Below, piece by piece: positions 36,765-48,300 of a stretch of 64,000 nucleotides of DNA (the stretch's first letter is position 1; the number at the start of each line of letters is the position of its first letter). Made by a program: the position numbers and the translations under genes. The stretch lies in assembly GCA_043799545.1 (NCBI GenBank), contig JAZDNO010000006.1, positions 96,001 through 160,000 on the forward strand. The letters run 5' to 3'. The notes under the pieces are model-generated. The model did not search any database, was not told the DNA's origin, and worked only from the letters and a program-made list of their open reading frames with translations. The stretch is from Methanobacteriota archaeon (GTDB lineage: Archaea; Thermoplasmatota; Thermoplasmata; SG8-5; DAIRED01).

Positions 36765-38446
36765 TGGGCCTGAAAGAATCGTACATTGGGGCGGTGATGA
36801 AGGCCGGTTCAAAGAAGATAAAGAAGATGGTCCCCAAAGGCGAGCTGGTCCTGGAGCAGGATTGGAAGGAAGGCCGCGGTTCGCCGCTCTCCCCAATACC
36901 AGAGCTGACGAAAACGACGATGGAGGAGCTGGAGCTGGCTCCGATCAACCCTCCGTTCAGCTATTCGAGGATATTTTACGATTCCGAGACCGCAGAATAT
37001 ATATATCAGACCATAGAGCCCCCGATGAGCGACAAGGAGCTGGACCTGCTCCGCCTGATAAAGGACTCGTTGGGCCGGACTCTGGAGTACGAGCTGGACA
37101 AAATGGGCAACAAGGACAAGGAGGAGTACCTGAAGCGCAGCATAGAGAGCTTCCTGAAAACGCGCAGCCTCAGGATAGACCCCCAGTCAAAGGAGAAGAT
37201 TGTGTATTACATAGTCAGAGACTACGTTGGCTACGGCCCGATAGACGTCCTGATGTCGGACCCAAAGATTGAAGATATTTCGTGCGACGGCGTCAACGTC
37301 CCGCTTTTCATATTCCACCAGAAGTACGAATCGATCAAGACGAGCGTCAAGTTCCCGAACGAGGCGGAGCTGAACAGCTTTGTAGTCCAGCTGGGACAGA
37401 GGTGCGGCAAGCAGATTTCCGTCGCCACGCCTATCTTAGACGGTACGACTGGCGAGGGCCACCGCGTCCAGGCGACGTACTCCCGCGAGGTAACGACCCG
37501 CGGCTCGTCGTACACCATCCGCCGTTTCAAGGAGAAGCCTTTCACTCCGGTGGAAATGATAAAGTTCAACACCGCGAACGCGGAGATGATAGCATACATG
37601 TGGCTGGCGGTCGAGCACGGGAAGTCGATGATAATATGCGGCGGCACGGCGAGCGGAAAAACGGCCACTCTCAATGCGTCCGCCATATTCATCGCCCCTG
37701 GCAAGAAGATAGTCACGATGGAGGATACGAGAGAGATTAACCTTCCTCACGAAAACTGGATTCCGGGCACGACGCGCACGGGGGTGGGGGAGCGCGGGCC
37801 GGACGGGAAGGCGCCAGGCGAGATAGACATGTTCGAGCTCGTCAGGGCGGCGCTGAGGCAGAGGCCGAACTACATCATCGTCGGAGAGGTTCGTGGAAAG
37901 GAGACCTCGACGATGTTCCAGGCGATGGCTACGGGTCATACGACATTCTCGACGATGCACGCCGACTCGGTGAAGAGCATGGTGACAAGGCTGGAGAACC
38001 CGCCAATCAGCACGCCCAGGATTCTCTTGACGGCGCTGAACTTCGTCATCATCCAGCTCCACGTCCGAGTCAAGGACAGCGAGGTCAGGCGTATCACCCA
38101 AATAGTCGAATTGGTGGGATTCGAGCCCGAAACCAACGAGCTGATAACCAACACGGTCTACGAGTGGGACCAGCGCACGGACTCTTTCATCTACAAGGGG
38201 CACAGCTTCATCCTGGACGGTCTCATGGAGATGAAGAACATGACCCACGAGGAGATGCAGCGGGAGTTCACCCAGCGCGTGGACGTCATCAAGTATCTGG
38301 TCGAGAAGGACATCACGGATTACAGGGAGATAAACAACCTTATCGTGCTTTACTACAAGGATGCCACGGCGACTGTCACCAAAATAAGGGAGGAAATGGG
38401 CTGGACAGTCCAGGTCCAGATGGAGGGCGGCGAAGTTGGCGCATGA
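36764..38446 (+). CDS. Type IV pilus assembly ATPase 1 (VirB11/TadA/FlaI family)
   Basis: IEDISCDG, GGTASGKT, EDTREINL, RQRPNYIIVGEVRG, TMHA. Confidence 0.93.
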   Translation: MGLKESYIGAVMKAGSKKIKKMVPKGELVLEQDWKEGRGSPLSPIPELTKTTMEELELAPINPPFSYSRIFYDSETAEYIYQTIEPPMSDKELDLLRLIKDSLGRTLEYELDKMGNKDKEEYLKRSIESFLKTRSLRIDPQSKEKIVYYIVRDYVGYGPIDVLMSDPKIEDISCDGVNVPLFIFHQKYESIKTSVKFPNEAELNSFVVQLGQRCGKQISVATPILDGTTGEGHRVQATYSREVTTRGSSYTIRRFKEKPFTPVEMIKFNTANAEMIAYMWLAVEHGKSMIICGGTASGKTATLNASAIFIAPGKKIVTMEDTREINLPHENWIPGTTRTGVGERGPDGKAPGEIDMFELVRAALRQRPNYIIVGEVRGKETSTMFQAMATGHTTFSTMHADSVKSMVTRLENPPISTPRILLTALNFVIIQLHVRVKDSEVRRITQIVELVGFEPETNELITNTVYEWDQRTDSFIYKGHSFILDGLMEMKNMTHEEMQREFTQRVDVIKYLVEKDITDYREINNLIVLYYKDATATVTKIREEMGWTVQVQMEGGEVGA

Positions 38447-39461
38447 GACCGTCGATGCCTTCAGAAGCCTGGAGGCGAAGGACCAGCACCTCAAGACGAA
38501 GCGCCTTCGCTCGGACGAGGAAAGGGAGGCCGGGCCGCACGTGGTCCTGCTTCCGAAGGGCGCGGTGCCGGAGTACATCAAGCTCACTCCGTACCAGGAG
38601 TTCTGCTGGCGCACCATGGGCAACTACGTCAAGCGTCGTGGCATGAGGGACGAGTTGATGGAGGAGAACCTCGTGAAGGCGCATATGAAGATACGCCCCG
38701 AGGAGTACTTCGCGCTCATCTACATGACGACCATTATAGCGGCCATAGGAGGCGTCGTGGCTGGCACTGTCATGGCAATATTATTCTTCGTGGTTTTCAC
38801 CACCACCGCCATGGTGCTGGGTATTATGTTGACCGTGCTGCCCCCAATCTTGATTCCCATTCTGGTATTCAACGTCCTCAAGGGCTCGCCGAAGAGCAAG
38901 GCGAAGGGCCGCGCGCGGAATATTGATAAAAGGATGGCCAGCGCGATGAGCTTCATTTCCGCGATGGCATCGGCGAACGTTCCCATCGACGTGATATTCA
39001 AGGAGCTTGGAAGGCAGCCAGTCTACGGCGAAATCAAGTCCGAGGCCGAGTGGATTACCCGTGACACGGAGCTGCTGGGTGTTGACATCATCACCGCCGT
39101 CAAGAGCGGCTCCCTGCGGTCGCCCTCGACGAAGTTCCAGGACTTCCTCCAGGGCGTCGTCACAACCACGACATCCGGGGGCCAGCTGAAACCGTACTTC
39201 ATGACGAAGGTGGACCAGTTCGAGAAGGAAGACAAGCTTTTGATGAAGCAGACTATGGAAACGCTCTCGATGCTCGCAGAAAGCTACGTGACGGTCGTGG
39301 TCGCGTTCCCGCTTTTCCTTGTCGTCATCCTCGCGATTATGGCAATCATAGGCGGCACGGCGGCGTCGACTGTAATGATACTATGGCTGGTAGTGGGACT
39401 GATGATTCCGATGGCTATGTTCGGCTTCATATTCGTGATTTGGAACATCAGCCAGGACTGA
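38436..39461 (+). CDS. TadC/FlaJ-like membrane platform protein 1
   Basis: Two TM pairs around the T2SSF domain IDKRMASAMSFISAMASANVPI...SPSTKFQDFL. Confidence 0.88.
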   Translation: MAHETVDAFRSLEAKDQHLKTKRLRSDEEREAGPHVVLLPKGAVPEYIKLTPYQEFCWRTMGNYVKRRGMRDELMEENLVKAHMKIRPEEYFALIYMTTIIAAIGGVVAGTVMAILFFVVFTTTAMVLGIMLTVLPPILIPILVFNVLKGSPKSKAKGRARNIDKRMASAMSFISAMASANVPIDVIFKELGRQPVYGEIKSEAEWITRDTELLGVDIITAVKSGSLRSPSTKFQDFLQGVVTTTTSGGQLKPYFMTKVDQFEKEDKLLMKQTMETLSMLAESYVTVVVAFPLFLVVILAIMAIIGGTAASTVMILWLVVGLMIPMAMFGFIFVIWNISQD

Positions 39462-39465
39462 TAGC

Positions 39466-40506
39466 ATGGCCAAACAACAGCAGCAGATGACCAATGAGGA
39501 GATGAAGAGGGTCGTGATGTCGACCAAGCGCGACCTCACCAGGGTAATCCTTGGCGTCAGCATAGCCGTGGCTATGATATTCGTCATCCTCGGCGTCCTT
39601 AACCTGACCAACCCCCAAGAGTTCGATCACTCGATGAAGGCTTTGAAGCTCAAGGACACCAACCTGGACGGCAGGATAGACTATCTGGACATCAACGCGG
39701 GTTACGACAGCAACGGGGACGACGTTCCAGACCAGGGTGAGTACCCCATCAAGCGCTTGGCCAACTTCGTGGTTTTCGCGATGATGGTCATGATAGGGCC
39801 TTATGCATTCTACAAGTCGAAACAGGATGCCAACATAGTCGCCATCGAGCGCAGGCTTCCAGAGTTCCTCAGGGACGTGGCGGAGGCCGGGCGCTTCGGC
39901 ATGACCCTCGCCGACGCCATCGTGGTCGCCGCCAACGGCCGCTACGGCAAGCTTACCATCGAAATCAAGAAGATGGCCGCGCAGATAGAGTGGGGCGTGC
40001 CCGCCTCCGAAGCTCTGAGGCTCTTCGCGGTGCGCATCAACACGCCGGGCGTAAACAGGCTCGTGGCTGTCATCATCAAGGCGAGCGATGCGGGCGGAAA
40101 CGTCGCCGACGTTCTGACGATGGTGTCGCACGACGCTCGCGAGACGCAGCTGTCGAAGGACGAGCGGGCGATATCGATGAGCACGTACCTGGCGGTTGTT
40201 TACATCTCTTTCTTCGTTTTCCTCGTGACCATCATCATCTTGAACGCGACGTTCCTACCGAAGATACGCGAGGCGGGAACGATGGTCACCAGGGCATCGG
40301 CCGAGGCGGGGGTTTCCGGCGGAATGGCAACGCTGGACGTCACGGTCATACCCCAGATTGAGCTGGCGTTCTTCGTCTCATCGATGATTCACGCGGTCGG
40401 CGACGGCATTATGGCCGGCGTGCTGACGAACGGAAAGGTGGCTGCCGGACTGAAGCACTCGTTCATCCTTCTGCTCCTGGGATTCGTCGTCCTGCAGGTG
40501 ACCTGA
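39466..40506 (+). CDS. TadC/FlaJ-like membrane platform protein 2 with acidic Ca-binding-like loop
   Basis: IERRLPEFLRDVAEAGRFGMTL, IEWGVPASEAL, ERAISMSTY; loop DTNLDGRIDYLD...DSNGDDVPD after TM1. Confidence 0.88.
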   Translation: MAKQQQQMTNEEMKRVVMSTKRDLTRVILGVSIAVAMIFVILGVLNLTNPQEFDHSMKALKLKDTNLDGRIDYLDINAGYDSNGDDVPDQGEYPIKRLANFVVFAMMVMIGPYAFYKSKQDANIVAIERRLPEFLRDVAEAGRFGMTLADAIVVAANGRYGKLTIEIKKMAAQIEWGVPASEALRLFAVRINTPGVNRLVAVIIKASDAGGNVADVLTMVSHDARETQLSKDERAISMSTYLAVVYISFFVFLVTIIILNATFLPKIREAGTMVTRASAEAGVSGGMATLDVTVIPQIELAFFVSSMIHAVGDGIMAGVLTNGKVAAGLKHSFILLLLGFVVLQVT

Positions 40507-40516
40507 GGTGAGATGA

Positions 40517-42268
40517 ATGGCGTCCGAGTCCGCGTTGGAGGAAAAGGGGAAGCCCGAAGCCCAGGCCGTGGTGGAAGACGACCAGGCCGTCGACGAGAGC
40601 GGTTTCATGCAGGCGGTGCATTCCGCTCGCGCCAAGCTCGCCAAAAGGATGATGGGCGAGGGCAAGGGCTACAAGATAATGAATGCGAAGGTGGACGACT
40701 CCTTCAAAGGCGAGGTCACAACCATACCCAAGCTAACTGACAAGCACATGAGCGAGATAGAGATTGTGCCGGCTATCAAGGGATTTTCGTACATCCGGAT
40801 TAAGTACGACAACGTTTCCAACGAGTACATCTACGAGGCAATCGAACCGCAGCTCAGCAGCGAGGAGGAGAACCTGCTCTCCATTTTCAAGGAGATACTC
40901 GTGGAGGCGCTGGAGTTTCTGGCGGACACCAGGGTGGAGGCTAAGGAGAAGTACCTCAAGGGGGCCGTCTCCAGCATCCTGGCCGACCTCGGCATCACGC
41001 TCAACCCAGCCTCGAAGGAGCGCATCACCTACTACATCATGAGGGATTTCATCCGCTACGCGGCGCTCGACGTGGCAATGATAGACCCCGAGGTGGAGGA
41101 CGTATCCTGCGACGGAGTGAACGTTCCGATATATATCTATCACAGGAAATACGGCTCTATCCAGTCGAACATCCGGTTCAAGACGGCCCCGGAGCTGGAC
41201 AGCTTCGTCGTCTGGCTGGCCCAAAAGTGTGGCAAGCACATCTCCGTCGCCGAGCCTATGCTCGACGCGACTATTCCAGACGGCTCGAGGCTGCAGGCCA
41301 CGCTGGGGATGCACGTCACCAAGCGCGGCTCCTCATTCACAATCCGCAGGTTCAAGGAGAACCCTTTCACCCCGCTGGACCTCATCCGGTTCAAGACCAT
41401 GTCGCTAGACATGATGGCTTACCTCTGGCTCTGCATCGAGAACGGGAAATCGATGCTCGTATGCGGAGGCACTGCGAGCGGTAAAACGACCACGCTCAAC
41501 GCGATTCTTCTGTTCATCCCGCCTCAGATGAAGATTGTCAGCATCGAGGACACGCGCGAGCTGAACCTCCCGCACGAGAACTGGGTCCCGACCCTGACCA
41601 GGGCAGGTTTCGGCGGGAAGAACCCGGTGACGGGAAAGGCTGCTGGCGAGATAGACATGTTCGACCTGCTCACGGCCGCGCTGAGGCAGCGCCCCCAGTA
41701 CCTGATGGTCGGCGAGGTCCGTGGTTCGGAGGCGTACGTCGTGTTCCAGGCCATGGCTACGGGCAAGACCGCATACACCACGTTCCACGCCGAAGACGTC
41801 CAGTCGATGGTCCACAGGATGGAGAACCCGCCGATATCGCTGCCGAGGGCGCTAATCGGGGCTCTGAACCTGGTGATGATGCAGGCACAGGTGAAGGTTG
41901 GCACGAAGATGACGAGGCGCGTCAAGTCCCTCACGGAGGTCGTGGGCATGGACCCCGAGACGAACGAGCTCATTACGAACTCGGTCTACACGTGGAACCC
42001 GGCGGACGACACGTTCAACTACTCCGGTCACAGCTACATTTACGAGGACATCACGATGAGGAAGAACTGGTCCCCGAGGGAGATGCAGCGCGAGGTCAAG
42101 CGCCGGATAGACGTTCTATCGTGGATGAGCAAAGCCAATATGAACAACTACCGCCAGGTCGCGAGGATTGTCTCCGGGTACTACAAGGACAAGGACCGGG
42201 TCATCGAGGAGCTCAACAAGTACGCCGCAGACGAAGAGGCTAAGAAGGCTGCGGCCCCGAAAGCGTAG
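40517..42268 (+). CDS. Type IV pilus assembly ATPase 2 (VirB11/TadA/FlaI family)
   Basis: VEDVSCDG, GGTASGKTT, EDTRELNL, RQRPQYLMVGEVRG, TFHA; RBS GAGGTGA. Confidence 0.93.
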   Translation: MASESALEEKGKPEAQAVVEDDQAVDESGFMQAVHSARAKLAKRMMGEGKGYKIMNAKVDDSFKGEVTTIPKLTDKHMSEIEIVPAIKGFSYIRIKYDNVSNEYIYEAIEPQLSSEEENLLSIFKEILVEALEFLADTRVEAKEKYLKGAVSSILADLGITLNPASKERITYYIMRDFIRYAALDVAMIDPEVEDVSCDGVNVPIYIYHRKYGSIQSNIRFKTAPELDSFVVWLAQKCGKHISVAEPMLDATIPDGSRLQATLGMHVTKRGSSFTIRRFKENPFTPLDLIRFKTMSLDMMAYLWLCIENGKSMLVCGGTASGKTTTLNAILLFIPPQMKIVSIEDTRELNLPHENWVPTLTRAGFGGKNPVTGKAAGEIDMFDLLTAALRQRPQYLMVGEVRGSEAYVVFQAMATGKTAYTTFHAEDVQSMVHRMENPPISLPRALIGALNLVMMQAQVKVGTKMTRRVKSLTEVVGMDPETNELITNSVYTWNPADDTFNYSGHSYIYEDITMRKNWSPREMQREVKRRIDVLSWMSKANMNNYRQVARIVSGYYKDKDRVIEELNKYAADEEAKKAAAPKA

Positions 42269-42318
42269 CGCTAGCCATTGTAACAAATTGAAAATAAAAA
42301 GGTTTTGCAGGTTATTAT

Positions 42319-45300
42319 TCAGCTCTGCTGCTGGCCGCCTTCCTTCTTCTCTTCCTCGCCCGGCTTCTTCACGACCACGCGCTGCATCGGCATCGGCGTC
42401 CTGACTATCTTCTTGACGACCGGCCTAGGCTCGCCTGGCTGACCTCCGGCCTGCTGCTGCGCGGGTGGCTGCTGAACGGGCGGCTGCGGGGCTGCGACGG
42501 GTTGCGGCGAAGGGGCTCTCTGCTGGGGCTGCGGCGGCGTTCCGGACTTCCTCTCGAAGTCGTTTCCGCAGACCGGGCATATGGGCTCCTTCACGTCCAC
42601 CTGCATGTTGCAGTTCGGGCACTTCTTCGTCTCCTTCGGAGCCGTTGCAGGAGCGGGCACGGCCGTCGGTTTGGCCGCGGCTACCGGGGTTGGCGTAGGC
42701 ATCTTGCCCTTGGGGGCCTCGGCCTTCAGCCCGGTCCCGCACTTGTGGCAGACCCTGCCAGAGATGTTGTTGGGGGTTCCGCACTGCGGGCACGGCTTGG
42801 AGCCCATCTTGCGCATCTCCTCCTCCTCCCTGAGCCACTCGTCGAAGGTTATGAAGGTCGGCTGCGCCTTCCACCAGTTCTGGAACTGCTCGTCGGTCAT
42901 CTTGGGGCCCAGCGTCTTCTTGGCCTGGACCTTTATCTGGCCGAGCATCTCGTCGTACTGGGCACGCATCTTCACCTCGTAGCCCTCGCCCTCCTCGTCT
43001 CCGGTGGTGAACTCGGCGCCGCACTCCGGGCACTTCTTCGCATCGATTGGTATCCAGGCGGAGCAGACGCTGCATTTGGCGGTCTCGCTTTCGAACTCGA
43101 TTCCGCACTTGGGGCACTTGTGCGCCCCGTCGGGTATGAACGCTCCGCAGCTGCCGCACTCGACGAGCTTGCCTATGCCGACGAAGTATGTGTATGCCGT
43201 GAATCCGCCCACGACCGCCACCACGATGATGATTATGATGACGATGTAAATCCAGAGCGGAGTCGGAGTCGGCGCTGTCTCGAACTGCAATGCAACGATG
43301 ACGTCTTCCGTGTTGGTGGAGTTGAGGGTGATGGTGTACTGCCCCTCGGCATCCGCGGGAACGGCGAGTCCTCCGTTGAACACACCGTCCGACCCGGAAG
43401 TCAGCGTCGTCTGCCTGATGATTGCCGTGCTTCCCTCGGCTCTCAGGATGACCGTTATCACGACCCCGCTTGCTGGTGTGCTCAGTGCGAGGTTGATTAC
43501 CTCTCCAGCCACGTTGAGGTTGATTCCGGGTTCCAGAATGACCCCCTGGGAAGGAGACGTAACATGGATTTGGAAGTCCGGCATCCTCACCGTGAAGTTC
43601 TTTGAGGCGTTGTTGTCCGTCTCATTGAATTCGTTGACCAGGCCGTATGCCGTGTTCACGTCCCACCCCCCGTCGAGGATTGCTATGAGGTTGTGGTCTC
43701 CGGCTGTGTTGACGCCGCTGCATTGTATGGTGACGGTCGAGCTGGCATTCGCGGGCAAAAGATTGATTTTCGCAGAGCCGAGCCTCGAGGCGTTGACAAT
43801 CGACATTATGTTGCGCGTGACGATTGTGAAGTTGTAGACAGTAACATTTGCAAGGTACTCCTCGATATCGGCCATGAACGAGTCCCCGTCGAACAGGTCG
43901 ACGGTGACGTTGTCGGCATCCCACAGCCCATTGCTATAGTTCACTATGGGTTTGGCCGTGTTGTGGACGGTGACGTTGACCTGGAACCCTTTCATGGTTA
44001 TGATTTCTTCCGTGAGCACGACGATGTCCGTTTCGTTCAATGTGAGGTCTGGCCTCGTGTCAACGACAGTGAAGTTCTCCGTGAGCTGGTTGCTCAGACC
44101 TGGAACCCCCTCGTAGATGTCCGTCGATGCGACCGCCGTTATCTGGTGGACCCTCTCCCGGTCGTTCGTCCTCGCCATCCAAAGCACGTCGGCGTCCCCC
44201 GCGATTCCGCTGGGCAGATACGCGATGGTGTCGGCCGGCCCGATGAGGTTGGCAACAAGTATGGGGCCGTCGTAGAACCTGACGATCACGGAGCTGGCTG
44301 GCGCCCCGCCGAGGTTGTGGACCCTGGCGGTGACCTTGACAGCCGTGTTGTTTTCCACGGGCGAGGTCTTGTCAAAGATGAGGTCGCTGATGTATATATC
44401 CGAGTACTCGAGCACGTCCAGGACGCCGGTCACGTTGTTGTTCAGGGTCGAGGTTTCATTGACCTTTCCCCACTGGTCGATGACGACCGAGATGTTGAAC
44501 CTGCCAGCGCGGCGCGGGGTCCAGTCGACGCTAACAGTCTCCATGTTGCCGTTGCCCAGGATGGTGACGTTCACGACTCCCAGCCTTGTCTGCTGGGATG
44601 GCGTGCCGTTGTAGAACGTGACGTTGAACCCAATGGCAGGTATGTCGCCGATGTTGTGCACGTTGGCGTTGATTGTGAGCTCGTGCCCTATGACGTACGG
44701 GGCGGGGGAGTAGTAGAGGTCGTATGTGTACGGGAATGCAAGGTCAGCGAGGCCGATGACCGTCATGTTCAGCCAGCCCCAGTTGTCATTCTCGTTGAAT
44801 TCGGTGATGTAATCGAACGGGTCGACCATGACGCTGATGGTGTGGTTGCCAAGCTTGTCGAAGGACCAGGGCATCGCTATATTCTGGACGCTTCCAGCCG
44901 CGATATCAACCGGGCTGGAATAACCGATGGTTTGTCCAGTCGTCTCGTCCCTGAACCGCACGATGACGTCGTAGGCCGTCGTTATGCCGTTTGCGTTCGA
45001 CACGCTGGTCCAGATGGTGACCTGCTCTCCGCGTCCAGGCAATGTGGGAATCATCCACACAGGCGGGTCCAGGTCGGGCAAGATTCCCGTCATCCGTATC
45101 TGAAACTCCGGGTAGTTGGATGCAGTGACGAGCGACGGGTAGGGGGTCAGGGCCAGGGTGCCGTTCTCCCATGCCGGGTAGGTCAAGTACGTCGCCCTTA
45201 TGATGTAGTTGCCTACGAAGAAGCTCGTTGGATACACGGTAGGAGTTAGGATGTCGCTAAGAGCCGCGAACGACACCTTTCCGTTCGTGCCAGTCGTTCC

Positions 45301-48300
45301 AGCCCTGTGGATAATCGGGGCCCAGACCGGGTCGTTGAATGCGTAGCTCAGATCTATCGCGACGTTGGGCACGGAGTGCGGGTATAAATCTTGCCCGTCC
45401 AGGGCGTCGATTGTGAGCCAGCGGTAGATGTATGCGGTCGCCGTGTCGTATGTCCGTATTGTCGATGCCGAGACCGCGGTGAGGTCGTAGCGCGAGCTGC
45501 CCCTGATGTTGAGCGTGCCTGTGAACGTCGTGTTCCCGGCAATCATCCTCACGTTGGAGCCGGTGCTGCTGTCGAAGAGGCCCATCACGCTTGTCCCATT
45601 CAAGTTGACTATGACGTTGGCGCCTGAGGCGTAGATGTTGATGTTGGGGCCGAAATAGCTTCCTGAGGATGCGCTTAGCCGGGCGTTGTCCTCGAGATAG
45701 AACGGGGTCGATGGGTTGGCCGAGACGATGGAGCCGCCGTTAAGAGTAATGCTTCCCGACTCCCTCACCTTGATGCTGAATGGCGTTCCAGTAGTCTGGA
45801 GGATTGCCAGACTGCCGTTGATGATGAGATTTCCATTCTGCTCCACGAGGACGAAGCCTCTCCTTCCCACTGCCCCGTTGATATAGTACGGGCTGTTCGC
45901 ATTGTTGACTATCAGGTCCTGCGAAACGTTGTAGATGGCTATGTCGATGTAAGCCTGGTTATCCGTTTGCAAACCAATTGGCGCGTTGACTGTGACGTAT
46001 ATCCTGTGGAAACCGAGGACGTTCGGGACCCAGGGGTTTATCGAGACGACCTGGTTGCCGTTCGCCGGCACGTCAGTGACGGTTCTGGTTCCAATGACGT
46101 TCGACGTGCTGTCGAGCGCGAAGACGACGTCGCACGTTCCGGTGGCTACGACGCCTCCGAGGTTCCTGACCGTGGCCGTTATGCTTGTGGACACGCCCTG
46201 GACCGGCGTGGGGTCGCCGACTACGATGTCCGCAGCGGCTATCGCCAGGTTCGGCTTGGGCTGCACGATGTATTGCTGGCTGGCCAGGTTGCCTACGTAT
46301 TCGTCCACCAGCTCGGGTACGTCGTAGTTGGGGTCCACCCAGACGTAAAGTCTGTACGTGCCGTCCAGCGGCGGGGCGTATTGTATCTCGGAGTTTGTCC
46401 AATCGGGAAGCCAGATGCCGTCGCCGACATCGATGTTGTCTGTGCCGATGAGATGCGTGGACGCGTTCACGTCCAGTATTTCGTCGCCGTTCCAGTCCGG
46501 GCCGCCCCAGCTGAGATTGCCCCAGTAGAAGTGGACCGGGACGCCGGTGGCGTTCGCCGTTCCCACGTTGTGGATTATGGCGGTGACGGTGAGCGTCGTT
46601 CCGAAGGAGACTGTGTTACTTGGCGGCGTGATTGATATGTCGCTGGTGTCGACAAGCAGGTCGGGCATGAACGGCCTGACGTAGATGGACTGGCCCGGAG
46701 AGTTGGTGTTGTTCAATTCCTCCGTGCTGTTTACAGGTCCCTCGTAGACGTTTTTACCATTGTCCACCGTGACTTTGATGTAGTGGGTTCCGCTCGGTTT
46801 GGCGGTCCACGGGATGCTCTGGTTTATGAAGCTACCGGCTCCAAGCGAGGCATAATTTTGTGTGAAAATCGTAGTCGTTGTAGGGCCGCTGATGTCCTCC
46901 ACGAGCACATCGAAGTTCAGAGCGGTGCTGCTTCCGACGTTCTCGATGATGGCAAATATCGTGATGCCTTCATCCTGGTCCGGAGCCGGGTTCGAGAACC
47001 ACACCGGTCCGGGAATGAGGTCCGGCAACGGGACCGCCAGGCCATCGATGACTAGGAGCGGTACCGACGAATCGTCAACGAGAGCATCGGAGTTCTTCTC
47101 CGCGCGGATGTCCGGGAATGGCGCGAAGCTCCTTTTTATACTCTTAGAGAAGCCACCGGAAGTCGCGGTAAACTTGTAATTGCCAATGAACTGGCTATTC
47201 GGCATGGTGGTTGTATTAATAATGTCGGTTATTACGGGCAGGCTCAATTGTCCGCTGCGGTCCGTCTGGGTGTAATTCAGTCCCGTCACCTCGAGAGCGG
47301 AAATTCTGTCCATATAGGCGATGATGCGCTTGTCCGAACTCGACCCATCGGTGAAGTTGTTGGCGGCTTTGATGTAGTTGATGGCCGTTAGATTCAGGTA
47401 ATCTCCCTTGGCCGTCACGGTGGCATCGTTGACCGGGTTGCCGTTCATGTCCAGAACCGGGGTGCTGATCCAGCGGTAGTAGAATACCTGGCTCGTCGCA
47501 TCGAAGAGGTTGAATGGGCTCTGAGGCGGGAGCGGCAGATTGGTAATCGGGTCAATCGGCAGCTCGAGACGGTCGTCAACGCCAAGGCCATCATCGTTTT
47601 GCGAAACGGTAACATTGTACATGTAAACGTTGCTGGTCCCGTTCAGGCGCAATTTATTGTCTTTGCCGACGATGTAGTCCGGGTTCAGATAATCGACATC
47701 TATGAACGAGTTCATAATCGATAGTTCCGAGTTATCGACTGAGATGTAGCCTGAAGGGGCGGGGTCGATTTGAGTAATATTTAGTATCAATTTATCAAAA
47801 GAAATAGCTGCGGGTACACCGTCATCGTCACAATTTTTATAGTAAACATCCAAGCTTGAGGCAATATTAATTGTGTTTACTCCTAATGAAAACACATCAA
47901 TAATTTCTGGTGTGAGTGAACCATCGTCTTCCGAGGGCTGAAACAAGCTAATATTATTCATACCTTCGTCGATGCTAATGTTAACCCACTCATCCCAAAC
48001 ACTTGGCATATTGGTGTAATTATAATTAGTTGAATCATATACAATTTCTATATCAATTCCAATAATCGGCCAGCCAGGTAGCGTTGAGGTATCAAATCCA
48101 TCAATTCCTAATTTTGCAGGGGGATTTGTTAAAGTATAGTATGCTCCATCGGTTATATTTAAATCATATGTATTTGGTTCACCAGAAGTGTCAACAGCAT
48201 CTTTTGAGTTGGGAAACACTTGCGTCGTAATAGTTTTCGGAGGGCATATACCCTTCGTCTGCTCATACAAATTGTCTATTCTGCTGTCCGCTATTGTCAC

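Noticed and set aside
35832-42268. Archaellum (fla/arl) operon
   Set aside because: No archaellin, FlaF/G or adjacent FlaH; two TadC proteins and the pilin type indicate a non-archaellum type IV pilus
43693-45249. 518-aa + strand ORF
   Set aside because: Antisense shadow of the 2253-aa surface-protein gene
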